Below are positions 1 through 13,290 of a stretch of DNA of 64,000 nucleotides, in pieces; the stretch's first letter is position 1, and every line of letters starts with the position of its first letter. The notes beneath the pieces are model-generated. The model was not told the DNA's origin and searched no databases. It saw only the letters and a program-made list of their open reading frames with translations. Origin of the DNA: the human T2T-CHM13v2.0 reference genome, Homo sapiens; the NCBI RefSeq assembly GCF_009914755.1, contig NC_060926.1; one strand, written 5' to 3'. The translations under genes were made by a program, and so were the position numbers.

Positions 1-559
1 CACCACTGAACATCTTTATAAGTAAATTCCCTTTCCCTTTGTGACTTTTGCTTTGAATAGTCTTTTATCTAAAAACAATAGAAGAAAATGTTTTCAAATG
101 TTTTGTGAAATCCTGACACTTAATCTGCTTTTTATATTTAGAAAGGTGCATAGTTCAGATAAAATAAGTTGACTTGTTGGGGGAGAAAATCATCTGGCAG
201 ATTGTATGTAGATAAAAGGCAAAGCTCTTGAAGAAAAGGAGCATGAAAAAGGAGGGCTGAGGACTGAAATGTTCTGCATTAAAAAATTAGAGGAATTCAA
301 AGTTTGTACCCAGTAGTAGGGAAAGAGAAAAAGAGATGCAGAGGAGAAAATGATGGGAATAGATGGAGGGAAAATAAGAAGGAAAAGTTTATCTAGAAAA
401 AAATAAAAAGAAGGAGAAAGTCAAGCAACATAGTAAGGAAAATATCGTGTAGAATGGAAGAGGGTCTTCTCTGTGCAGGAGTCTGTATGTATGTACAATT
501 TATGCATATCTTTCTGATTCCTGTTAACTATGGGATAAATTCTATAGTTTCCTTTGTAA

Positions 560-2560
<2,001 letters not shown>

Positions 2561-2579
2561 TTTAAATCACTATGCTTTA

Positions 2580-2922
<343 letters not shown>

Positions 2923-3344
2923 TTAATATGCGGTAGTTCTTTGTATTTGGCTTATGCTTTTAATAAGAATGGCTCTATTCTCTTATTATTCACATAACAT
3001 TAAGTAATTAAATAAATATTATTTACATGAATTAAAAGCATACAGTAATATATTGGATGTTCTTAACTGATCAAGGGCTATACTATTTTACCTATAGTTC
3101 ATCAAGGTTATTTAAAAATCCTTGAACTACATCAGCATCTAGTGATATTTCAATTTCTCTAGCATACATTTTAAGAGTAGCTTCTCTGGAGCCAAAATAC
3201 CTGGGTTTAAATCCTAGCTGGACCACTTTGTCATTTGTGTGACCTTGTGTAGTTTGCTTACCCTCTTTTTGTCATTATTTGCATGTCTGAAAATAGAATG
3301 ATCATAAAAGTACCTACCTCACAGGATTATTGTGAGAATTAAGG

Positions 3345-3345
<1 letters not shown>

Positions 3346-3389
<44 letters not shown>

Positions 3390-3424
3390 AATATAAAATA
3401 TATAAAATATAAAATATATATATA
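3346..3424. repeat. (TG)17 microsatellite followed by an AT-rich run
   Basis: Seen directly: TG run at 3346-3380, then (TA)/ATATAAA repeats. Confidence 0.95.
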
Positions 3425-3537
3425 TTTTTATTTTATTTCACTTTAAGTTCTGGGATACATGTGCTGAACATGCAGGTTTGTTACATAAGTATACAAGTGC
3501 CATGGTGGTTTGCTGCACCTATCAATCTGTCATCTAA
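3425..3537 (-). mobile_element. Very short L1PA 3' end
   Basis: tttaagttctgggatacatgtgctgaacatgcaggtttgttacata...gtgccatggtggtttgctgcacc is the antisense L1PA 3' terminus. Confidence 0.9.
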
Positions 3538-3705
3538 GCACTTAAAACCATACCTGTCCCATAGGAAGTGCTAAACGTGTTTATTATTTTACTCTGAGAT
3601 GTATTAAAGTGATTGATTTTATTTTCTAATATTAAATTCTTATACAAATGTATCTGTATACGTAAACCAATAGGTATTTTAGGTATCTTAGTGTTCACCT
3701 TCCTT

Positions 3706-3847
3706 TTTTTTTTTTTAGTTTTTTTTCAGTAGAGATGGGGTTTCACCATGTCGGCCAGGTTGGTCTCGAACTCTGGACCTCAAGTGATCTGCCCAACTCA
3801 GCCTCCCAAAGCTGTGGGATTACAGGTGTGAGCCACCACACCCAGAC
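3706..3847 (-). mobile_element. Isolated Alu left monomer (AluS-type) with its own TSD
   Basis: Left arm only, ending in an A-rich tail. TSD tcaccttcctt (3695-3705) and tcaccctcctt (3848-3858). Confidence 0.9.
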
Positions 3848-3984
3848 TCACCCTCCTTATATTGTTTTCCTTAGTGTAGTTGGACTAATATTTTATTTAT
3901 AGGCTATGGCAAGTTTTGACTGTGTATACTACTTGATGTGTCCATATGTTATGTCCTGTGGTCCAAATTTGTAGAATCTAATTT

Positions 3985-4455
3985 GTGTAGTTTTTTATTG
4001 CTGCCACTAAAAATGACTGCAAACTTATTGACTTAAAAAACAGAAATTTATTATCTAAAAAGTTTTGCACTTCAGTATTCTGACATGAGTCACACTGAAC
4101 CAAAATCAAGGTATCAAAAGGGCTGTCTTCTTTTCCGGAGGCTCAAGGGAAAAATCTGTTTTCCTGAGTTTTTCAGTTTCTAGAAGTTGCCTCTCTTTCT
4201 TGGTTTGTGGTCTCTGTTATTCCTCCTTAATGACACTTCTGTCATCACATCTCTTTCACTGACTACAGCCAAGAAAGGTTCTTCATTTTAAGGATTCATG
4301 TAATTAGGTTGAACCCAGGTGGATAATCCAAGTTAATTCCCCTACCTCAAGGTCCATAATCTTAATCACATCTGCAAAGTTCTTTTTTGTTTTTTACATG
4401 TAAGTTTACAGATTCTTAAGATTAAGAGATGGACATCTTAGATTATTAGTTCTGC
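3985..4455 (-). mobile_element. MLT1C/D-type MaLR solo LTR
   Basis: aaaatcaaggtatcaaaagggctg, gataatccaagttaattcccctacctcaaggtcc and ttaatcacatctgcaaagt match antisense MLT1. Confidence 0.8.
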
Positions 4456-4842
4456 CTTTAACTGTATATGGTATTTTAAACATCTCCTTACCTATCAAAA
4501 CTGTACTCCTTACTTAAAATCTCTTGATACCTCATTTACTAATGCTTAGCTGATTCTCTCACTCACACCCTCTAAAATTCTTCCAAAGATTTTGTAACTA
4601 CCTTGTTTAGTTGTTGCAGTTATTATGTACAAACTTCTGAGATGACTTTACTATGGCTTCTCTGTTTCAGAGACATTTCAGGCGGCACTTTTCAATTATT
4701 TCCTAGATACAGACATTAAACAGGAAAAATCATTTCAGTGTACTTTCTGATATTTTCCCTCTCCCCTGGCAGTTAAATTATTTCATGTCTAAATCATTCT
4801 TCTTCACCTAGTAACAATTAAAATATCTCCCTTTTTCCTCCC

Positions 4843-5066
4843 TGTATTGATCTGCTTGGGTTGCCATAAGAAAATTCCTTAGACTGGGTGGCTTAAGCAA
4901 CATAGATTTATTTCTCACAGTTTTGGAGGCCAAGAAGTTCAAGATCAAGCTGCCAGCAAGGTAGGTTTCATTCTGAGGGCTTTTTCCTTAGTTAGCAGAT
5001 GGTCACGATTTTTCTATGTGCTCATATGACCTTTTCTACATGCATTCAGAGAGATCTCTGGTGTCA
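4843..5066 (-). mobile_element. MLT1A-type MaLR LTR, partial
   Basis: agactgggtggcttaagcaacatagatttatttctcacagttttggaggcc...aagatcaag matches MLT1A. Confidence 0.8.
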
Positions 5067-5299
5067 TATAGAAAATAAAATTTTTCAATATAAATAAGAG
5101 TCAACAAACATAAAAAGCAATAGGCTTACATCAACACCTCTCTAATTTTGGAATATAGAAGAACAATAGGTGATGGAAATAAAATACTTTTTATACTATA
5201 ATTATATCTTCATTAGGACAAAAATCTCTTTAGCTTCCTCATGTACCCTTATAATCTATTCATATGATAGCATTAATAAAGCCTGTTTAAAATGATTAC

Positions 5300-5716
5300 A
5301 AAGGTAAACAAATATATAGAATATATGTGGAAATAACAATACACCAGGAAAATAAGAACAGGAAGTATTTTTATAAAGAATCATATAGAATTTCTAGAAA
5401 TAAAAATATGAGGATAGAAATTAAAAACTCATTTTATGTGCTAGAAATCAGATTAGACACAGCTGAAGAGAGAATTTGTTAACTGGAAGATACATTTGAA
5501 GAAATTACCCAGTATAAAGAAAAAAATAAAGAATTTAAAATATAGAAGAGTCATGGATGGTAAAATAAGAAAAAATAATATATGCCCAACAGAAATACAA
5601 TATATGTCTAAAAGTATAAAGGGAAAATACAGAGAATGGTGGGAGGCAATGCTTCCGGGTAACAGGTGAGAATTTACCAAAGTATTTGAAAGAGTTGAAT
5701 ACTCAGATTCAAGAAG
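5300..5716 (+). mobile_element. Old L1M ORF1-region fragment
   Basis: A-rich; cagattagacacagctgaagagagaatt...aactggaagata and tcagattcaagaag are typical of the old L1 ORF1 region. Confidence 0.7.
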
Positions 5717-5718
5717 TA

Positions 5719-6053
5719 CAAGTGACCCTTATACAACATGGGTGTGACCCATGTGGGTTCATCTATACATGAATTTTCTTTGCCCTTTGCCATACCTGAC
5801 ATGACAAGTGTATTTTACAAATGATTTTTAAATAACATTTTCTTTTCTCTAGCTTACTTTATTATAGGAATACAGTATATGTACCTATAACATCCAAAAT
5901 ATGTGTTAATTGACTGTTCATGGTATCTATAAGGCTTCCAGGTCAACAGTAAGCAACTAGTAGTTACGTTTTGGAGGAGTCAGAAGTTATATAGATTTTC
6001 AACTGTGTAGAGGGTTGGCACTCCTAATCCTAATGCTGTTCAAAGATCAGCTG
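5719..6053. mobile_element. Tigger2a (MER28)-type DNA transposon with internal deletion
   Basis: Degenerate TIRs caagtgacccttatacaaca and tgttcaaagatcagctg, flanked by TA at 5717-5718 and 6054-6055. Body matches Tigger2a. Confidence 0.85.
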
Positions 6054-7323
6054 TATAATATGTTGTAAGTAACTTTCTTTATTTTTTTCATTGCTTTCCA
6101 CTGTTTTAAGAATTCAGACTGAATAACAATATTTAATTTATTTAAAATCTCAGTCAGACTGGTAAGTATACTATTCTAGTGGCAAATTAGTAAATATTGA
6201 AGCTTTTATTCTGGCACCATTTCATTTTGTTTTCATATTGGTGCTATGTAAAGCTATGGGATTACTGTTGGGGAGGGGGTAGATGTGAAAAGGCCATTCT
6301 ATTGATTAATGAACTTTTATTCCAGAATTTGTTTCTCCACATTGGAAACCAAGCTTAACCTGTATTTAATAAGCAAGCAGAGTACATTTGAAAACACAGG
6401 GTGTACTCTAAGAGAGACCAAAAAAAAATTGATGAAGGAATCTTCTACTTTAGATGGAGTTCAAAACAAGATAAAGTGAAACAGAATTTATGTGACCAAT
6501 ATAGTACCAACTATCAGAGCCTAAATCCAGTTATCAGGCCAATATCACACATTTAAATTGCCGGTTTCATAGTGGTAATTTAAGGTGTGTCCCACCCCCT
6601 AGAAAACACTATAGTTTCTAACACTTAACCTAGTTTATAAAGTCTTTTCATTGTGTTTACATATGACAATAACATAATTAGATATAGAATTGCTAAACAT
6701 TTCTCCACAGGTAGTATTTATGCTTTTGTCTAAATAAATTTAGTTACAAAGAAAAGGCCAGTGGCATCATATATTTGGTTTTTCATGTTATCTTTATTTT
6801 TATTTCCAGTAGGTGTGTATAATTTTTCAGTTCTTAAATATAAGAAATGAAAGTAATATGTCTCCATAGAGTATATTTATTTCAGCTTTATATAAAACAA
6901 TACCTTTTTTTAATCCTTAGACTAAGTATTCAAATGCAAATATGTATTCTTTTCGGCTTTGTTTTAGAAATAATTTTATTATGCAAAATTCATGCATATA
7001 AAAATATATAATGTTCATGTGAAATACAAAGAATGATATTGAGCTAAATATTCATACAGAAAACACCTTGTTCAAGAATTATAACAGTAATAGTACATTG
7101 GCTTGCAAGACGTTGTAATAAAATTGCACTCCCTGAGAAAATCACTATTCTGAATATAGTATTCACAATTAATTTGCCTTTAAACATTTTAACAACATAT
7201 GGATGCATTTCTAAATAAATATGGTTTATTTTTGCATAGTTTTTAGCTTTATATGAATGGAAACATTATAAGTTCAGTATGTTGCTATCTACTATTTTTA
7301 CTAAATCTTATATTTGTAGTAGT

Positions 7324-9737
7324 TATATTAGTTTGTTTTCACATTGCTATGAAGAAACACTTGAGACTGGGTAATTTATAAGGAAAAAGGTTTAATTGAC
7401 TCACAGTTCCACATGGATGGGAAGGCCTCAGCAATCATGGCAGAAGGCACCTCTTCACAGGGAAGCAGGAGAGAGGATGGGTGTCAAGCAAAGCAGGAAG
7501 CCCCTTATAAAACCATAAGATCATGAGAGAACTATCACTCACACTCATGATAGTGAGAACGCTCACTATGAAAACAGCATGGGGGAAACCACCCGCATGA
7601 TTCAATTATCTCCACCTGGTCCTATCCTTGAAGCAAGGTGATTCTTACAATTCAAGGTGGGATTTGGATGGCAACACAGAGCCAAACCACATTATTGCCC
7701 CACTGGCCCTTCCCAAATATCATGTCCTTATATTTCAAAATGCAGTCATTCCCTTCCAACAGTCCCCCATAGTCTTCACTCATTTCAGCATTAACCCAAA
7801 AGTCCAAGTCCAAAATCTCATCTGAGACAAGGCAAGTATCTTCCACCTATGAGCCTGTAAAACCAAAAGCAAGTTAGTTACTTCCTAGATACAATGGGGG
7901 TACAGGCACTTGGGTAAATACACCCATTCCAAATGGGAGAAGTTGGCCAAACCAAAGCTGGTACAGGTCCATGCAAGTCTGAGATCCAATAGGTCAGTAA
8001 TTAAACTTTGAAGTTCCGAAATGATCTCCTTTGACTCTATGTCTCACAACCAGGTCACACTGATGCAAGAGGTAGGCTCCCACAGACTTGCACAGCTCCA
8101 CCCCTGTGGCTTTCAGGTTACAGTCCCCCTCCCAGCTGCTTTCACAGGCTGGTGTTGAGTGCCTGTGGCTTTACCAGGCACCCAGTACAAGCTGTCAATG
8201 GATCTACCATTCTGGGGTGTGGAGGATGGTGGCCCTCTTCTCACAGCTCCACTAGGCATACCCCAAATGGGGACTATGTATGGGGTCTCCAATCTCACAT
8301 TTCCCTTCCACTCTGCTCTAGTAGAGGTTCTCCATGAGGGCTCCACCCTCCAGCAGACTTCTGTGTGGACATCCAGGCCTTTTCATACATCCTCTGAATT
8401 CTAGATGGAGATTCCCAAACCTAGATTCTTGACTTCTGTGCACCTACAGCCCCAACACCATGTGTAAGTCACCAAGTCTTGAGGCTTGCATTCTCTGTTC
8501 TCTGAAGAGCAATGGCCCGAGTTATACCTTGGCCCCTTTTAGCATGGCTGAAGCTGAAGCAGCTGTACTGTAGCGCACCATGTCTCAAGTCTGCACAGAG
8601 CAGAGGGGCCCTGGACCCAGCCCAGGAAAACATCTTTCCCTCCTAGGCCTAAGAGCCTGTGATGGGAGGGGCTGCTGTGAAGGTCTCTGACATGCCCTGG
8701 AGACATAATCTTCATTGTCTTGATGGCTAACATTCAGCTCCTTGTTACTTATGCAAATTTCTGCAGGCTGCTTTAATTTCTCCTCAGAAAATGGGTTTTT
8801 CTTTTCTGTCGCATCATCAGGCTGAAAATTTTCCAAACTTTTATGCTCTGCTTCCCTTTTAAACATAAGTTCCAATTCCAAACCGTATCTTCGTGAATGC
8901 TAAAACTGAATGCTTTTAAGAGAACCCAAGTCACCTCTTGAATGCTTTGCTGCTTAGAAATTTCTTCCACCAGATACCCAAAATCATCTCTCTCAAGTTC
9001 AAAGTTCCACAGATACCTAGGGCAGAGGTAAAAAGCCACCAGTCTCTTTGCTAAAGCATAGCAAGAGTCACCTTTACTCCAGTTCCCTACAAGTTTATCA
9101 TCTCCATCTGAGATCACCTCAGCCTGGACTTCATGGTGCATATTACTATCAGCATTGTGGTCAAAGCCATTCATCTTGTCTCTAGGAAGTTCCAATCTTT
9201 CCCACCAATTTCTGTCTTCTAAGCCCTCCAAGTCTCTAGGAAGTTCCAAACTTTCCCACATTTTTCTGTCTTCTTCTGAGCCCTCAAAACTATTCTAATC
9301 TCTGCCTGTGACCCAGTTCCTAAGTCACTTCCAAATTTTCAGGTATCTTTATAGCAGCACCCCACTCTGCGGTACCAATTTACTGTATTAGTTCATTTTT
9401 ACACTGCTATGGAGAAACACTGAGACTGGGTAATTTATAAGAAAAAGAAGTTTAATTGACTCCTGTTGCACACGGCTGAGGAGGCCTCAGGAAACTTACA
9501 ATTACAGCAGAAAGCACCTCTTCACCGGGCAGCAGGAGAGAGAAAGAGTGCCGAGCAAAGTGGGAAGCCCCTTATATAAGTATCATATCTTGTGAGAACT
9601 CACTCACTATCAGGACAAAGGTATGGGGGAGACTGCCCCCATGATTCTATTATCTCCACCTGGTCCGGCCCTTGACAACTGGCATTATTAAAATTCAAGG
9701 TGAGATTTTGGTGAGGACACAGAGCCAAACCATATCA
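7324..9737 (-). mobile_element. Full-length THE1C/D (ERVL-MaLR) provirus: 3' LTR 7324-7694, internal 7695-9383, 5' LTR 9384-9737
   Basis: Two homologous LTRs around a THE1 internal region. Perfect 5-bp TSD gtagt at 7319-7323 and 9738-9742. Confidence 0.95.
8585..9261 (-). pseudogene. Decayed MaLR internal ORF (frameshifted remnants)
   Basis: Peptides MWESLELPRDL...VGNWSKGDSCYALAKRL...LVEEISKQQSIQEV and MELELMFKREAEHKSLEN are characteristic of the THE1/MST internal ORF and lie in different frames. Confidence 0.8.
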
Positions 9738-9759
9738 GTAGTCTTCCATTTAGAGTTGC

Positions 9760-11600
9760 ATCTCTGTATCTACATGATGTCTTTTCACTATACACATATA
9801 TTTCCATTTATTTCTGCATTCAAATGTTGAACAAATTTTTGTGTTTGTTGTTATAAACAATATTTCTAATAACATTCTTTCATATATCTCCTTATGTAAC
9901 ATGCAAGGTTTCACTAGGGTATGTATCTAGAATTTTGAGCATCTTTTCATGTTTTTTAACTGTTTATATTTCCTTTTGTGTAAAATGTCTACTAATGTCT
10001 TTTCTCTTTTTTGATTATGTTGGGATTTTTTCCTAATTGCTTCTTAAAACAATTGCATAATGCTTTTTGCCTAAGTCTATTCTGACTGATATTAACATGG
10101 CTATAAATATTTCTTTCATGTATTCATGTAATATCTATATATCTATATATACTATTTATATTATTCTGTATATATATACACATATATACTTATTAAACTA
10201 TTATTTTAGTAATTTGTATTGTTTTTGGTAGTCTATCTAGACATTTACAAATAATGACAGTTTTTATATTTTCCACACATTTGTACCATTTATTTTTACT
10301 TTTGTTTTTGGGTTACTATGTTGACATCAAAATGCAATAAAATAAAGAACAGAAATGAGTAAATATGAGTATTCTTGTCTTACTCCTATCTTAATGGAAA
10401 TAAATTTAACATTTCAACATTGCTATACTACTTGATACAGGATTTTGATATATATCTTTTTCAGATTAAATAATTTCTCTTCTTTCCCTGGTTTTCTAAT
10501 AGGTGGTTTCTGTTTTACTCATTTACCATAAGTTGGTATTTACTTTATCCAAATGTTTTCCTCTGCATCTTTTATTAATTAAGTTCTTCTTTTGCTTTTA
10601 AAATTGTTCAGATAGAGAATTAAGTTGATGACTTTTCTAATGCTAAATCCATTTGCATTTCTGGGACAAATCCTACATGGTTTACATATTTTATACTTTG
10701 ATGGATTTAATTTGCTCATCTTTATTGGTTTTTGCATCTGGGATCATGATTGATATTGGCCTACGATTTTTCTTTCTTATATGTTTCTTATTTGATTTTG
10801 GTTTTAATATTATATCAGCCACACACATATTTGCATGTGTGTTTGTTTTGGGAAGTGCCCTTTCTTGTATTGTCCTCACAATTATTGGTTTATTTTTGCT
10901 ATTAACTACATTTGGTATTGTTTAATTATTATTTGGTTGAACCACCCTGTAAAACTTTCTAGCTTTCTTTATGTGCTGATTTCTATTACTATTTTAATAT
11001 CTTTAAGAGTTATAGGACCATGTAAGTATTCTATGTCTTCTTGAAGCTCAATTAGAAAGCTACATTTTGCTTTCTAATTGACATTAGAAAGGAATATGAC
11101 AAATTAGTATACATTTTCAAATTTCTAATTCACTGGCATAAACGTTGTTCATAATATTTTTTAACATCATCTAAATCTTTACTGTATTTACTCCTGCTTT
11201 CTTAACTGGAAATGTGCCTATTTGAGCCTACATTCTTTTTATTTTAAAAAGTCTTGCTGAAGATTTAACAATTTTGTTAGTCTATTCAAACAACATATTC
11301 TGGCTTTTTTGATCATGCTAAATGTTTCATTTCTGACATCAATTTTATTTTAATATTTTCTAGTTTTTATTTTTTAAATTCTTCTATTTAGGATTGTTTT
11401 TTCTGTTCTCATTATTGGAATTTGATTGCATAACTTATTTATGTTTGCCCTATCATAATATAAATATCTTAAGGCTACAATTTTTTTACTGTTAACTTTA
11501 GCTATACCCACTAAGTATTGATATATGAATTTTTCATTGATTTTTAAATATTGTCTAATTTTATTTTAGATAATAGATTCTTGAGATGTTCTTTTTAAGA
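9760..11600 (-). mobile_element. Old L1M/L1ME fragments (3' end and ORF2); also 7050-7318 on the other side of the THE1
   Basis: Antisense ORF2 remnant; the 10691-10879 minus frame reads IILKPKSNK...RRPISIMIPDAK, a degenerate form of the L1 ORF2 motif I.LIPKP...YRPISLMNIDAK. Confidence 0.7.
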
Positions 11601-11759
11601 CCATTTTTATTTCTTCTAAACTATATCTTTTAAGTTAACTTGGGTTTGAATATTATTCAGTTTTTTTCTAGACATGAAGAAAAGGAAATACACTATCCTA
11701 AGGAAGATGAAAAATCCTGGAGGAAAAGAATACTTGGAAGAGTTCTAGTTCAAAGTCAG

Positions 11760-12220
11760 ATATTGTGACTTGAAATATCAGAATCCTAGACAAATGGAAA
11801 TGTAAAGAAGGTAGACAGAACTCAGAGGGAAATACAGGCCCGAAATATAAGTTTAAAAGTTGTTGGCATAGAGATGTATTTAAAACCCCCAGGAATTAAT
11901 ATGATCTTCCGGGGAGAGAGTGAATGATTAGAACATAAGAGGGCCCAGGACCATAGTCTAAGGAATCCCAGCATCTAGACATCAGGATATTTCAAGTGAT
12001 AAAGTGGAGGTAGCTTAATTGATAAGGTGAAGAAACATACTTGTTAAGCAGAGTAGAGAAATAATGTGGTAGCTGAAGGGGGACATTGGTCAAAATTTTT
12101 GTTTCGCCTTTTTTTTAAGGAGGAAAGTACAAGAGCATGTTTGAAGGCTGATAAAAAGAATTCTGGAGAAAGAGAGTGATTGAAGACAAGAGAAATGAGG
12201 AAAAATCTAGAGAAGTAAAA
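11760..12220 (-). mobile_element. L2 LINE fragments
   Basis: gttgttggcatagagatgtatttaaaac...gagggcccaggacc...aaggaatcccagcatctag is an antisense L2 pattern. Confidence 0.65.
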
Positions 12221-12244
12221 ATGCAAGGGAACCTAAAATAAAAA

Positions 12245-13290
12245 GCCTGACAATAACGGATGTTGTCAAGGAGGTGAGACAACCAAATTTTAATTTAATG
12301 TTGGTGGGAATATAAAGATAAGCATTAATTTTGTAAAAAGGCCCATCAGTTTCTTATAAAAGTAGCAATATACCTACTCTATTATCAGCAATTCCATTCA
12401 GATATTTTTCCAAAGGAAATATAATCATATGTCCATAAAAAGAATGTTCAAGGGGGGTGAGGGATAAAAGACTACATATTGGGTAGAGTGTACACTGCTT
12501 AGGTAACAGATGCACCACGATCTCAGAAATTACCACTAACCAACTTATCCATGTAAGAAAAAGCCACCTGTACTCTCAAAACTATTGAAACTAAAATCAT
12601 AAATAACAAAGAATGTTCATAGAAGTTTTATTTATAATACCTAAAAACTAGAAAAAGTCCAAGTGCCCATCAATATGAGAATAGATAAACAAACTTCACT
12701 ATATTCAGAGAATGTAATACTATTCAGCCATAGAAAGAAACAAACTACTGATACATTTAGCATGGATGGATCTCAAAAAAATGATTTGCAGAGCGAAAGA
12801 AGCCACCCACAAAGGAGTACATACTGTATTATTCCATTTTATATGAAGTTCTAAAACAAGCAAAACTAATCTGTATTGAAGAAACAGAACAGCAGTTTCC
12901 TCTCTTGGGGTGGAAGTAGAATATTGATTAGAAACGGGATGAGGGAATTTTCTGGGATACAGGTAGTGACCTACCTGATAGCGGGCTGGGTTATACAAAC
13001 ATATGCATTCATCAGAACTCAGCAAGTATATATGTCTTGTGTATGTAAAATGTACTTGAAGAGAAAAAAATATGGTAAACATATATTAACCTCTAGTTAA
13101 TTATAGGCATGCTGATGTATTTAGGGAAAGTGTAATGTCTGCGATTTCTTATAAATGCATTAAAAATTATAAGTTGGATTGATGGCTAGATAATTGGATA
13201 TGTGATGAAATGTTTATAGTAAAATATCAATGGTAGAATTTAGGTAGTGGCCACATAGATGTTCACCTTGAATCTGTTTGAAATTTTGTA
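12245..13290 (+). mobile_element. L1ME-type 3' end with nested L1PB fragment
   Basis: tcagcaattccattc...aagtgcccatcaata...tactgtattattccattt...aaactaatctgta, and the L1ME-like terminus atcacaaaatattgggaaaa. Confidence 0.8.
12451..12607 (+). mobile_element. Short L1PB 3' end
   Basis: ggtgagggataaaagactacatattggg...aactattgaaa. 12-bp TSD aaagaatgttca at 12439-12450 and 12608-12619. Confidence 0.9.

Larger units (their letters stand above)
3172..3590 (+). mobile_element. MIR SINE split by a microsatellite and an L1PA fragment
   Basis: MIR core (ctgggtttaaatcctagct...gtgtgaccttg...acctacctcacaggattattgtgagaattaa) at 3172-3343; MIR tail (aagcacttaaaaccatacctg...) at 3537-3590. Confidence 0.8.

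Noticed and set aside
9177-9290. Tandem repeat of gtctctaggaagttccaa...ctttccca in THE1-int (WESLELPRD twice)
   Set aside because: I recall this duplication as a recurrent feature of some THE1 internal sequences, so it is probably not locus-specific; not verified by search.
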